Assembly (NCBI GenBank): GCA_020718045.1
Contig: DYDD01000003.1
Span: forward strand, 21,687-58,857
Length of the DNA: 37,171 bases
Direction of reading: 5' to 3'
Source of the DNA: Fibrobacter sp.
GTDB taxonomy: Bacteria > Krumholzibacteriota > Krumholzibacteriia > LZORAL124-64-63
The notes under the pieces are model-generated. The model was given only the letters and a program-made list of their open reading frames with translations. It did no database searches and was not told the DNA's origin. Made by a program: the position numbers and the translations under genes. Shown piece by piece: positions 16,161 through 25,230 of the stretch (position 1 is the stretch's first letter; every line of letters begins with the position of its first letter).

Positions 16161-16203
16161 CATTATAGATATTATTGTTTATAATATTGGATATTATTGC
16201 ATC
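16161..16203 (+). promoter_or_regulatory. AT-rich island upstream of hflX
   Basis: The sequence is CATTATAGATATTATTGTTTATAATATTGGATATTATTGCA, with TATAAT at 16180-16185. It is related to 13424-13466 and shares a 12-mer with 7696-7707 in the opposite orientation. Confidence 0.45.
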
Positions 16204-16238
16204 GTCGAAGTGAGGACCCAATTTCCCGTCCACAACCG

Positions 16239-17747
16239 ATGGGACTGGACGTTCGGGAGCGGCGCGACGATTGTGGGGGTGGTGAACGACTTGGTGTTTC
16301 GAATCCCGGAGGCCTTCCCCTGAACGAGAACCCCGCGACCTCCCCCGACCGCACCCTTCCCGACACCCGCCAACGCGTCGTGCTGGTGGGGGCCGACCTG
16401 CCCGAGCACTACGGGAAGGCCATCGGCGGCCCCGCCGACCTGCACGAGCTCGGGCTGCTGGTCGACACCGCCGGCGGACTGATCGTGGGCACGGTCCACC
16501 AGAAGCGGGAGAAGCCCGAGGCGCGCACCTTCATCGGCAAGGGCAAGCTCGAGGAGCTGCGCGCCGTGGTCGAGGCGACCGGGGCCAACCTGGTGGTCTT
16601 CGACAACGAGCTGTCGCCGGCCCAGGGGCGCAACCTCACCAAGGAGCTGGGCGGCAAGGACAAGAAGGAGAAGAAGGACAAGTTCGCGCCGCCGCCGGTC
16701 GGACCCGACGGCGCCCCGATCCGCAAGACGCGGGTCCGCAGCGCGGTCGAGGCCGGGGACAAGGTCTCGGTCATCGATCGCACCGAACTGATCCTGGACA
16801 TCTTCGCGATGCACGCCCGCACCCGGCAGGCCCGGCTGCAGGTCGAGATGGCGCAGCTGCAGTACCAGCTGCCGCGCCTGGTGAAGCTCTGGTCCCACCT
16901 CGAACGGCAGGCCGGCGGCATCGGCACGCGCGGCCCCGGCGAGACGCAGCTCGAGACCGACCGCCGCCTGGTCAAGCTGCGGATGGCCCACCTCAAGAAG
17001 GAGCTGATCGCGATCGACGAGGCGCGCACGGTGCAGACGCGCCGCCGCCGGGAGCAGTTCGCGGTCTCCCTGGTCGGCTACACCAACGCCGGCAAGTCCA
17101 CCCTGATGAACGGGATCACCGGGGCCGGCGTTCTGGTGGAGGACAAGCTCTTCGCCACGCTGGACGCCACGACCCGGCGCGTGGAGATCGACGAGCGGCG
17201 GCAGTTCCTGCTGTCGGACACCGTCGGCTTCATCCGGCGGCTGCCCCACCACCTGGTCGAATCGTTCCGGGCCACGCTGCAGGAGGTGGCCGAGAGCGAC
17301 CTGTTGCTGCACGTGGTCGACGCCTCGCACCCCGACCCCGAGCACCCCATCGCCGCGGTGGACGAGGTGCTGGGCGAGCTGGTGCCCGACGGGCTGCCGA
17401 CCCTGATGGTCTTCAACAAGATGGACCGCCTGCCGGCCGAGCTCGCCGAGACGCTGCGCAACCAGTTCGGGCGGCGCTACGAGGGCGCCCTGTTCGTCTC
17501 CGCGCTGGACCCCGCCGGTTGCGCCGCCGTGCGCGAAGCCGTCGAGGCCCGGCTGCTGTCCGGCGAACGTGTTGTGCGCCTGGAGGTGCCGTACACCCGG
17601 ATGGACCTCGTGGCGGTCTTCCACCGCACCGGTTCGGTGCTGGAGGAGGAGCACGACGAACACGGCGTGCGCCTGGCGGTGCGGCTGAAGGAGGAGGAGC
17701 TGAGCCGCCTGCTCGGCCGCGACAGCGGGGTGAAGGTGATCCCATGA
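16239..17747 (+). CDS. hflX: GTPase HflX
   Basis: Signatures are IDRTELILDIFAMHARTRQARLQVEMAQLQYQLPRL, GGIGTRGPGETQLETDRR, G1 GYTNAGKST, DTVGF and NKMD. The start is ambiguous. Candidates are ATG 16239, CTG 16320 (GGAGG 7 nt upstream, and third-position GC only becomes gene-like from about here) and GTG 16380. Confidence 0.9.
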   Translation: MGLDVRERRDDCGGGERLGVSNPGGLPLNENPATSPDRTLPDTRQRVVLVGADLPEHYGKAIGGPADLHELGLLVDTAGGLIVGTVHQKREKPEARTFIGKGKLEELRAVVEATGANLVVFDNELSPAQGRNLTKELGGKDKKEKKDKFAPPPVGPDGAPIRKTRVRSAVEAGDKVSVIDRTELILDIFAMHARTRQARLQVEMAQLQYQLPRLVKLWSHLERQAGGIGTRGPGETQLETDRRLVKLRMAHLKKELIAIDEARTVQTRRRREQFAVSLVGYTNAGKSTLMNGITGAGVLVEDKLFATLDATTRRVEIDERRQFLLSDTVGFIRRLPHHLVESFRATLQEVAESDLLLHVVDASHPDPEHPIAAVDEVLGELVPDGLPTLMVFNKMDRLPAELAETLRNQFGRRYEGALFVSALDPAGCAAVREAVEARLLSGERVVRLEVPYTRMDLVAVFHRTGSVLEEEHDEHGVRLAVRLKEEELSRLLGRDSGVKVIP

Positions 17748-18904
17748 CCGACGCCGACGACCTGCGCCGCCTCTTCCTGCTGCGCGACGACGTCGCCTTC
17801 CTGAACCACGGCTCCTTCGGGGCCTGCCCTCGCACCGTCTTCGACGCCTACCAGGCGCTGCAGCGCGAGCTCGAGGCCGAGCCGGTCGACTTCCTGGCCC
17901 GCGAGCGCACCCTGCCCGGCCGCCTGGCCGCCGCCCGCGCCCGGTTGGCCGCCTTCGTGGGCGCCGACCGCGACGAGATCGTCTTCGTGCCGAACACCAC
18001 CACCGGTCTGAACATCGTGGCCCGCTCCCTGGACCTGCGTCCCGGCGACGAAATCCTCTCGACCGACCACGAGTACGGCGCCATGGACCGCACCTGGGCC
18101 TTCGTCTGCGGGAAGACCGGCGCGTCGTATGTGCGGCGGCCGCTGTCGCTGCCGCTGGGCGATCCGCGGGAGGTCGTCGACGCGGTGTGGGGCGGCGTGA
18201 ACGAGTGCACACGCGTGCTCTTCGTCAGCCACATCGCCTCGACCAGCGGCGTCCGGCTGCCGGTGGAGGAGCTGGTCGCACGGGCGCGCGAACGGGGCAT
18301 CTTCACGATCATCGACGGCGCCCACGGGCCCGGGCAGCTGGACCTGGACCTGCACGCCCTCGGCGCCGACGTCTACGTCGGCAACTGCCACAAGTGGCTG
18401 ATGTCGCCCAAGGGGGCGGCGTTGCTCTACGTGCGCGCGGACCGGCAGGATCTGGTCGAGCCCCTGGCCGTGAGCTGGGGCTGGCGCGCCGAGAAGCCTG
18501 GCCCGAGCCGGTTCGTCGACGAGCAGGAATGGATCGGGACGCGCGACGTGTCGGCGTACCTGGCGGTGCCGGCCGCGCTGGACTTCTTCGCGCAGCACGA
18601 CTGGCCGCGCGTGCGCGAGCGCTGCCGCGAGCTGCTGCGCGAGACCCGCGAGCGGCTGCTGGCGGTCGTCCGCCTGCCGGCCCCCTGCCCGCCCGATCCC
18701 TGGCTGTTGCAGATGGCGGTGGTGCCGCTGCCGGCGGGCGTCGACGCGACGGTGCTGCAGCGGACCCTGCGCCGCGACCACCTGGTCGAGGTGCCGGTGA
18801 CCCGCTTCGCGGACCGCGACTGGCTGCGCGTCTCGATCCACGGCTACAACACGTCGCAGGACGTCGACCGCCTGGTCGCGGCGCTGCGGGCCGAACTGGG
18901 CTGA
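17744..18904 (+). CDS. class V PLP-dependent aminotransferase (isopenicillin-N epimerase / cysteine desulfurase-like)
   Basis: The ATG overlaps the hflX stop (ATGA at 17744-17747). Signatures are FLNHGSFGACP, SHIASTSGVRLP and the PLP-lysine context GNCHKWLMSPKGAALLYV. Confidence 0.85.
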   Translation: MTDADDLRRLFLLRDDVAFLNHGSFGACPRTVFDAYQALQRELEAEPVDFLARERTLPGRLAAARARLAAFVGADRDEIVFVPNTTTGLNIVARSLDLRPGDEILSTDHEYGAMDRTWAFVCGKTGASYVRRPLSLPLGDPREVVDAVWGGVNECTRVLFVSHIASTSGVRLPVEELVARARERGIFTIIDGAHGPGQLDLDLHALGADVYVGNCHKWLMSPKGAALLYVRADRQDLVEPLAVSWGWRAEKPGPSRFVDEQEWIGTRDVSAYLAVPAALDFFAQHDWPRVRERCRELLRETRERLLAVVRLPAPCPPDPWLLQMAVVPLPAGVDATVLQRTLRRDHLVEVPVTRFADRDWLRVSIHGYNTSQDVDRLVAALRAELG

Positions 18905-19015
18905 TCCGGCCGATCAGCGCTTGCCGCCGCCGCCCGGTCGCGGCTAACATCGCCCCCGCGATCTGTTCGAGCCCCCAAGCCGGGAAGGAACCCGGCCGCG
19001 AAGGGACGGAGTCCG

Positions 19016-20233
19016 TTGAGACCACTGTTCGCCAACCGCAGCTTCCTGGCGGTCTGGGCCGCGTCGTTCGTCAGCGGCCTCGGCGACAAGATCGCGATCC
19101 TGGCGTTCTTCTCCCTCGTCTACCACCGCACCGGCGACGTGGCGAGCCTCGGGCTGCTAGCCGCCGTGCAGGTGCTGCCCGGCGTGCTGCTGGGGCCGTT
19201 CGCCGGCGTCATGGTCGACCGCTGGAGCCGGCGCGGCATGATGATCGCCAGCGACCTGTTCTCCACGGCGGTGGTCTGCGCCATCCCCTTCGTGCCGGAG
19301 CTGTGGCAGGTCTACCTGCTGGCGTCCCTGCTGGCCGCCGGACGCCACCTGACCGGGCCGGCGCGCATGGCCCTGCTGCCGGACCTCGTGCCGGCGGAAC
19401 AGCTCGGCCACTCGAACGCCCTGTTCATGATCTCGCAGAACGCGATGCTGCTGGTGGGCATGGCGGCGGGCGGTCTGATCGTCCACGCGCTGGGGGTCGT
19501 GACGGCGTTCCTGGTCGACGGCGCCACGTTCCTGATCTCGGCGGCGATCCTGGCGGTCCGGCCGTTCCGCTACCTCGCGGCCGAGCAGCAGCCGGCGGGC
19601 GGCGCTGTCGTGGAGAAGCCCGCCGAGAAATGGCACGACATCCGCCAGGGGGCGGTGTGGTTGTGGGGCCGGCCGTCCCTGCGTTTCGCGGTGCTGTTCC
19701 TGGGGCTGGTGACGATGGTCACGGCGATGCAGCCGCCGCTGGTCTACGAGTTCGTCACCAGGATGCTCGGGCGCAGCGAGGGGGACCTGGGCCTGATCTT
19801 CGCCACCGCCGGCCTGGGCGGGTTGCTGGGCGCCGCGGCCGGGGTGCTGACCCGTGGCGCGCGGCGGCCCCTGCGGGCGGTCGGCCTGCTGGTGGCGTTC
19901 GACGGGCTGCTGCTGGGGCTGTTCGCCGTGAACCGCAGCTTCGCCGGGGCGCTGATCCTGTTCGCCCTGTTCGGCGCGATCAGCACCGGCATCCAGATCA
20001 ACCTCGCCACGTTCCTGCAGCGGGAGACGCCGCCGGAACGCCGCGGCCGCATCTTCGGCTGGCTGGGCCCGCTGCTCGGGCCGGTGACCCTGCTGTCGGT
20101 CCTGGCCGGTCCGACCCTGGCGTCCCTGTGGGGGGTCGGGCAGGTCCTGCTGGTCGCGGCGATCGCCGAGATCATCTTCGGTCTGGCCGGCGCCCTGCGG
20201 GCTCCCGGGGCCGACCGGCCTGCCTGCGCCTGA
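19016..20233 (+). CDS. MFS transporter (EntS/MFS_3-like)
   Basis: The start is TTG, with AAGGGACGGAG upstream. The N-terminus is NRSFLAVWAASFVSGLGDKIA. There are about 12 TM segments, and the loop motif is VDRWSRRGMM. Confidence 0.85.
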   Translation: MRPLFANRSFLAVWAASFVSGLGDKIAILAFFSLVYHRTGDVASLGLLAAVQVLPGVLLGPFAGVMVDRWSRRGMMIASDLFSTAVVCAIPFVPELWQVYLLASLLAAGRHLTGPARMALLPDLVPAEQLGHSNALFMISQNAMLLVGMAAGGLIVHALGVVTAFLVDGATFLISAAILAVRPFRYLAAEQQPAGGAVVEKPAEKWHDIRQGAVWLWGRPSLRFAVLFLGLVTMVTAMQPPLVYEFVTRMLGRSEGDLGLIFATAGLGGLLGAAAGVLTRGARRPLRAVGLLVAFDGLLLGLFAVNRSFAGALILFALFGAISTGIQINLATFLQRETPPERRGRIFGWLGPLLGPVTLLSVLAGPTLASLWGVGQVLLVAAIAEIIFGLAGALRAPGADRPACA

Positions 20234-20392
20234 CCCGCCTTCATCCCAACCCGTTGAAAATGCATACGACAACGGCCCTGTATCGGGAGCCGCCCCCCTT
20301 GATTTTTCCCCGGCGATGGGCGACGATTAGCCGGTCAGGACCGCCTTAAAACCATCCCGTCCGTGGCTTTCGAATTCGCCGAGGAGGCACCC

Positions 20393-21466
20393 ATGGAGAT
20401 CCGGGTCACCCGTCATCCGAACCCGCCCGCGCCCCCGCGCGGCGATTTCGGTTTCGGCAGCATCTTCACCCCGCACATGTTCGAGATGCCGTACCGGGAT
20501 GGAGCCTGGGGCAGGCCGGTCATCGTCCCGTACCACGACATCGTGCTCGATCCGGCGGCCAAGGTGCTCCACTACGGGCAGGAGATCTTCGAGGGGATGA
20601 AGGCCTACGCCCATCCCGTGGACGGCTCGGTCCACATGTTCCGGCCCGACATGAACATCGCCCGTTTCGGCCACTCCTGCGACCGGATGTGCATGCCTCG
20701 GGTCGACGCCAAGCTTTTCATGGAGGCCCTCAAGCGGCTGATCGACCTGGACCGCGACTGGGTGCCGAATTCGCCCGACGCGCTCTACATCCGCCCGACG
20801 ATGATCTCCACCCAGCGCGGCCTGGGCGTCAAGGCGAGCACCGAGTACCTGTTCTACATCATCATCGGCCCGGTCGGCAGCTACTTCGCCGGCGGCAGCA
20901 AGCCGCTGCGGGTCAAGGCCGAGGCCACCTACGTGCGCTCGGCGCCCGGCGGGGTCGGCGGGGCCAAGACCGGCGGCAACTACGGGGCCGCCCTGCTGCC
21001 GATCAAGCTGGCGCAGCAGGAGGGGTTCGACCAGATCGTCTGGCTGGACGCGCGCACGATGTCATCGGTCGAGGAGATGGGGGCGATGAACATCGCCTTC
21101 GTCTACGCCGACAAGGTGATCACCGCCGCCACCGGCGACACCATCCTCAAGGGTGTGACCCGCGATTCGGTCGGGGTGCTCTGCCGCGACTTCGGCCTGA
21201 ACTGGACCGAGACGCCGCCATTGATCCACGACCTCTGCGCCGACGCCGACGGCGGCAAGCTGCTGGAGGCCTTCGCCTGCGGCACCGCGGCCGTCGTCAC
21301 CTCCATCGGCTCGCTCAGCTACCAGGGCAAGGAGCACCGGGTGGGCGACGGCCAGGAGGGACCCGTCACGCGCCGGTTGCGCGAGGCGCTGTGCGCGATC
21401 CACGCCGGGACCAGCGACCTGCACCCCGAGTGGATCGAGAAGGTGCCGGTCTTCGCCCACGTCTGA
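20393..21466 (+). CDS. ilvE: branched-chain amino acid aminotransferase (class IV)
   Basis: ATG at 20393 has GAGGAGG 6 nt upstream. Signatures are FGSIFTPHMF, LHYGQEIFEGMKAY, GGAKTGGNYGAAL and GTAAVVTSIG. Confidence 0.9.
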   Translation: MEIRVTRHPNPPAPPRGDFGFGSIFTPHMFEMPYRDGAWGRPVIVPYHDIVLDPAAKVLHYGQEIFEGMKAYAHPVDGSVHMFRPDMNIARFGHSCDRMCMPRVDAKLFMEALKRLIDLDRDWVPNSPDALYIRPTMISTQRGLGVKASTEYLFYIIIGPVGSYFAGGSKPLRVKAEATYVRSAPGGVGGAKTGGNYGAALLPIKLAQQEGFDQIVWLDARTMSSVEEMGAMNIAFVYADKVITAATGDTILKGVTRDSVGVLCRDFGLNWTETPPLIHDLCADADGGKLLEAFACGTAAVVTSIGSLSYQGKEHRVGDGQEGPVTRRLREALCAIHAGTSDLHPEWIEKVPVFAHV

Positions 21467-21494
21467 CCGCGGATGGGCCGATCGCGACGAACGG

Positions 21495-21526
21495 GGCCCC
21501 GGCCGACCGGCCGGGGCCTCCTTCTT
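21495..21526 (+). terminator. GC-rich hairpin terminator after ilvE
   Basis: A GC stem of about 10 bp (GGCCCCGGCC ... GGCCGGGGCC, 21495-21518) is followed by TCCTTCTT. It lies 29 nt after the stop. Confidence 0.55.
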
Positions 21527-21638
21527 GCCGGGTCGCGCCGTTCGGCGATGGCGCCCGGCGGCCGGCTGTGGCAGTCTGTGCCCACGTCCCTCCTCCCGCG
21601 TCCGACGTCCGGCGGGGGAGACAGCGGCAAGGAGACCC

Positions 21639-22523
21639 ATGCTCAAGAACCTGGACCTGCAGCGCGCCCTGGTCTGCTTCGACCTCGAGACGACCGGCAC
21701 CAGCCCGGACCGCGACCGCATCGTGGAGATCGGGCTGGTCCGCGTGGAGCCGGACGGCTCGCGCCGCAGCTACCGCACCCTGGTCAACCCCGAGATGCCC
21801 ATCCCGCCGCAGGCGACCGCCGTCCACGGGATCTCCGACGACGACGTGTGCGACGCCCCGATCCTGGCCGCGGTCGCGCCCGAGATCCACGCGCTGTTCG
21901 AGGGGGCCGACCTCTGCGGCTTCAACTCGATCGGCTTCGACGCGCCCCTGCTGGAGGCGGAGCTGCGCCGCGTCGGGGCACCGCTCGAACACGCGGGGCG
22001 GCGCCACCTGGACGCCATGCGCATCTTCCACGCCATGGAGCCGCGCACCCTGACCGCGGCCTACCGCAAGTTCTGCGGCAAGGACCTGACCGAGGCCCAC
22101 GCCGCGCTGGCCGACGTCGAGGCGACCCTCGAGGTGCTCGACGCCATGGTCGGCCGCTACGACGAGCTGAGCGGGGACGTCGACGACCTGCACCGCGTCA
22201 GCAACCCCAACGAGGGCCGCTTCGTCGACCGCACGCGCAAGTTCGAGTGGGACGACCAGGGCCGGGCCTGCTTCACCTTCGGCAAGCACCAGGGCAAGCC
22301 GCTCGAGGAGATCGCCCGCACGACGCCCGGCTACCTGAGCTGGATGCTGGGCAACGACTTCAGCGACGAGGTGCGCGGGATCCTGAACGACGCTCTCGTC
22401 GGCCGCTTCCCGGCCAAGACCACAACCGCCGATCCGCCCGCCGCCGCCCCGCCGCCCGCACCGGCGGACGCGACTCCGGAGGCGCCGTCCGGACCCCCGA
22501 CCCTGTTCCCCGACGGAGGATGA
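21639..22523 (+). CDS. DnaQ-like DEDDh 3'-5' exonuclease fused to a DUF3820-like C-terminal domain
   Basis: ATG at 21639 has AAGGAGA upstream. Exo motifs are FDLETTG, HGISDDD and HAALADVEA. The C-terminal part FTFGKHQGKPLEEIARTTPGYLSWML is DUF3820-like. The protein ends in a Pro/Ala-rich tail. Confidence 0.85.
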   Translation: MLKNLDLQRALVCFDLETTGTSPDRDRIVEIGLVRVEPDGSRRSYRTLVNPEMPIPPQATAVHGISDDDVCDAPILAAVAPEIHALFEGADLCGFNSIGFDAPLLEAELRRVGAPLEHAGRRHLDAMRIFHAMEPRTLTAAYRKFCGKDLTEAHAALADVEATLEVLDAMVGRYDELSGDVDDLHRVSNPNEGRFVDRTRKFEWDDQGRACFTFGKHQGKPLEEIARTTPGYLSWMLGNDFSDEVRGILNDALVGRFPAKTTTADPPAAAPPPAPADATPEAPSGPPTLFPDGG

Positions 22524-22927
22524 GCGACATGAGCGACGAGACGGGCGTGCCGATCGGCACGGTGGGCTGGTTCGACCTGACGGTCGAGGACGCCGAGGGG
22601 CTGCGGGACTTCTACGGCGAGGTCGCGGGCTGGAGCTTCGAGCTGGTCCCGATGGACGGCTACGACGATTACCTGATGATCAACCGCGACGGTGGGGTCG
22701 TCGCGGGGATCTGCCACGCGCGGGGCCCGAACACGGGACTGCCGCCGCGGTGGCTGGCGTACGTCACGGTCGCCGACCTCGAGGCGAGCCTCGAGGCCTG
22801 CTCGGCCCGCGGCGGCAAGGTGATCACGGGGCCGCGGTCGCTGGGCGAGTACGGGACGTTCTGTGTGATCTGCGACCCGGCGGGGGCGCACGTGGCCTTG
22901 TTGCAGCCTCTCGGCGAGGGGATCTAG
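22520..22927 (+). CDS. VOC-family (glyoxalase/bleomycin-resistance fold) protein
   Basis: The ATG overlaps the exonuclease stop (ATGA at 22520-22523). Signatures are GWFDLTVEDAEGLRDFYGEVAGWSF...WLAYVTVADLEASLEACSARGGKV...DPAGAHVALLQ. Only the last 135 codons of ORF 21473-22927 are the gene. Confidence 0.8.
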   Translation: MSDMSDETGVPIGTVGWFDLTVEDAEGLRDFYGEVAGWSFELVPMDGYDDYLMINRDGGVVAGICHARGPNTGLPPRWLAYVTVADLEASLEACSARGGKVITGPRSLGEYGTFCVICDPAGAHVALLQPLGEGI

Positions 22928-22938
22928 GACGACCGGGT

Positions 22939-23691
22939 CTAGACGTCCAGGCTCGGGATGTCCTCGCCGCAGTGCTCGGGGTCGGGCCAGTAGCTCTCCT
23001 CGGCCGGCTTCACGTTCGGCGTGAACACCATCATGCCCGCCAGGAACCCGTACAGCCCGATCACGAGCGAGACCGGCACCCACCAGGGCAGCAGCCCCAT
23101 CGAGAACAGGCCGGGCAGGCCCTCCCGCTGCACGTCAGCGGGCAACCCCCACGCGCGACCCATCCAGGCGACCAGCATGAAGGCGAAGATGTAGATGTAG
23201 TTGCGCTTCAAGCGCGCCCGCATTGCCTGCAGCCGCGTGATCTTGAACTTCGGGTGCAGCAGGTCCTCGGCGACCTGGTCGCCCCAGCCCTCCATCGGGC
23301 TGTGCGGGTCGCGGCGCAGGATCGGTCCGTAGAAGTTCTCCTCGATCATCCTGACCCGCGAGCGCCAGACGTCGAAGAAGCGGAAGCGCCGCGCCTCGTG
23401 GTAGAGGAACATCAGGTTGGCGTACATGCCGGTGATGATCGTCTCCTGGGCGTACTGCGGGTTGCTGAAGCTGAAGGTCAGGATGCCGACCGTCGAGACC
23501 AGGGCCCAGTGCGTCGTGGTGTCCAGGCGCTTGCGCCACTCCAGGGCGCGGTGCATCTCGCCGCGGTAGAGGTGGACCATGGCGGTGACGTACTCCCCCC
23601 GGCCGAGCGGTTCCGCTTCGTAGTCGGCGCGCTTGAGCGTGGCGGGATCGGCCTGCGGGTAGATGGGGGAGGAGCCGCGTTCGTCTTTCAT
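22939..23691 (-). CDS. DUF2270-family integral membrane protein
   Basis: Signatures are YRGEMHRALEWRKRLDTTTHWAL and HEARRFRFFDVWRSRVRMIEENFYGPIL, which match the DUF2270 signature as I remember it. There are 4 TM segments. Confidence 0.8.
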   Translation of the reverse strand: MKDERGSSPIYPQADPATLKRADYEAEPLGRGEYVTAMVHLYRGEMHRALEWRKRLDTTTHWALVSTVGILTFSFSNPQYAQETIITGMYANLMFLYHEARRFRFFDVWRSRVRMIEENFYGPILRRDPHSPMEGWGDQVAEDLLHPKFKITRLQAMRARLKRNYIYIFAFMLVAWMGRAWGLPADVQREGLPGLFSMGLLPWWVPVSLVIGLYGFLAGMMVFTPNVKPAEESYWPDPEHCGEDIPSLDV

Positions 23692-23800
23692 GGCCGCAAT
23701 CTACCAGGGTCGCCCGGCATGGGCAAGCCCGGTCAGGACCGCCCGCGTTTGACGTTTTCTCCGTTCGCACCTTGCTTATCGTCATCTCGGAGGAGACGCA

Positions 23801-25180
23801 ATGGGTTCGAACACGCTGCGGCGGGCGCCCCGGAGGCTCGCCGTTCTGATTTCGATGTCGATCGCCACGGCCGCAGGGGCCCAGGCGGACCTGTCCGCCC
23901 TGTTCGCGCCGGCCACCGGCGCCGAGGTGGCGGCGGTGGCGCAGGATTGGGCCGGGCGCCTGCCCACGCCCACGAACTGGCAGGTCGTGCGGGCCGGCGT
24001 CGACACCGCAACGGGCTACGCGGTGCAGGCCGTCAGCCACGAGATCGAAGGCTTCACCCACTACGGCGGGCTGCGCTTCCCGCGGGAGTGGCAGCCTCAG
24101 GGCCGCTTTCCCGTCCTGGTGCTGCTGCACGGCGGCTTCGACGGACTGACCCTCGACTTCCTGGTGAATTTCGACCGGGACTTCCCGGGCACGTCCATCG
24201 CCGACAGCTTCCTGGTCGTCGCTCCCACCTTCCGCTCCGAACCCCTCAACGGCGGCGGGCCGCTGGGCTACCGTACCAGCGGCGGCGACCCGTCGCCCTT
24301 CGACCGCGACTGCGACGACACGATGGCGCTGCTGACGGCCGTGCTGCTGAACATCCCGCAGGCGGATCCCGGCTACGTCGTCGTGCTCGGCGGCAGCCGC
24401 GGCGGCAACGTGGCCTACCACCTGGCCTTGCGGGACCCGCGCGTGCGGCGGACGGCGATCCGCTACGGCCCGACGGACTTCTTCATGGACCACGTGCGTC
24501 TGGGCGCCCAGGAGCGCCTCGACACCGGGATCACCGCGGACTCCTTGGGCCGCGAAGCGGCGGACCTGATCGCGGCTCCCTGGTTGGCCGGGCAGCTCAC
24601 CCTGGCCCAGGCGCGGCATGCCCTGATCTCCTGGTGCGTCGTGCCCCACCTGCGCGCCGAGGTCCCCCTGCAGATCCACCACGGCGAACTGGACGACACC
24701 ATCCCGATCCTGCACAGCGCGCGCGCCGATTCGGTCATGGTCGCCGAAGGGGCCGCGGCGCCGAACTACGTCTATTACGTGTACCCGCAAGGCAGCCACG
24801 TCCCGAGTTCCCTGCTCGGCAGCGAACAGCGGATCCTGGACTACCTGCTGGCGCTGCCCGCCCCGACCGAAGCGGGGGCGGCGCCGCCCCGCCCGGCGAG
24901 GCTGCTCGGCTGGCCGAATCCCTTCGCCGGCGGCACGATGGTGATGCTGGCCGGTTCCGGCGCGGCCGACAAGGCCGCCCCGGCGACGGCGTTGGTGGAG
25001 ATCCGCGACGCCCGCGGCCGCCTCGTGCGGCGGTTGGAGCTCGCGCCTGACGGGTCCGCCTTGAGCCGCCGCTGGGACGGTCGCGACGCCGACGGGCGGG
25101 AAGTGGCCGCCGGCGTGTATGTCGCCACCCTGCGCGACCGCCGGGGAGCCGCATCGCTGAAGCTGGTGCGGCTGCGCTGA
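23801..25180 (+). CDS. secreted alpha/beta hydrolase (S9/dienelactone-hydrolase-like) with a T9SS/FlgD-type C-terminal domain
   Basis: GGAGGAG SD and a signal peptide are present. The nucleophile elbow is LGGSRGG, with HHGELDDTIP (acid) and GSHV (His). The C-terminus reads GWPNPFAGGT...EIRDARGRLVRRL...WDGRDADGREVAAGVYVATL. Confidence 0.85.
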   Translation: MGSNTLRRAPRRLAVLISMSIATAAGAQADLSALFAPATGAEVAAVAQDWAGRLPTPTNWQVVRAGVDTATGYAVQAVSHEIEGFTHYGGLRFPREWQPQGRFPVLVLLHGGFDGLTLDFLVNFDRDFPGTSIADSFLVVAPTFRSEPLNGGGPLGYRTSGGDPSPFDRDCDDTMALLTAVLLNIPQADPGYVVVLGGSRGGNVAYHLALRDPRVRRTAIRYGPTDFFMDHVRLGAQERLDTGITADSLGREAADLIAAPWLAGQLTLAQARHALISWCVVPHLRAEVPLQIHHGELDDTIPILHSARADSVMVAEGAAAPNYVYYVYPQGSHVPSSLLGSEQRILDYLLALPAPTEAGAAPPRPARLLGWPNPFAGGTMVMLAGSGAADKAAPATALVEIRDARGRLVRRLELAPDGSALSRRWDGRDADGREVAAGVYVATLRDRRGAASLKLVRLR

Positions 25181-25230
25181 AGGTGTTGCGGTTTCCGGAT
25201 GTACCTCTCAACCCGCGGCGGTACGGGCCG

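Noticed and set aside
16288-16312. TTCGAATCC (a T-loop-like word) in GGTGTTTCGAATCCCGGAGG, just downstream of the AT-rich island. This could be a tRNA, a tmRNA fragment or an att site.
   Set aside because: I could not form a T-stem, an acceptor stem or an anticodon arm on either strand. The GGAGG in this stretch is better explained as the SD of an hflX start at 16320.
21473-22519. The upstream 349 codons of the 484-aa ORF 21473-22927.
   Set aside because: This frame overlaps the well-supported exonuclease gene and translates to Arg/Pro/Gly low-complexity sequence. Only the last 135 codons, from ATG 22520, form the VOC protein.
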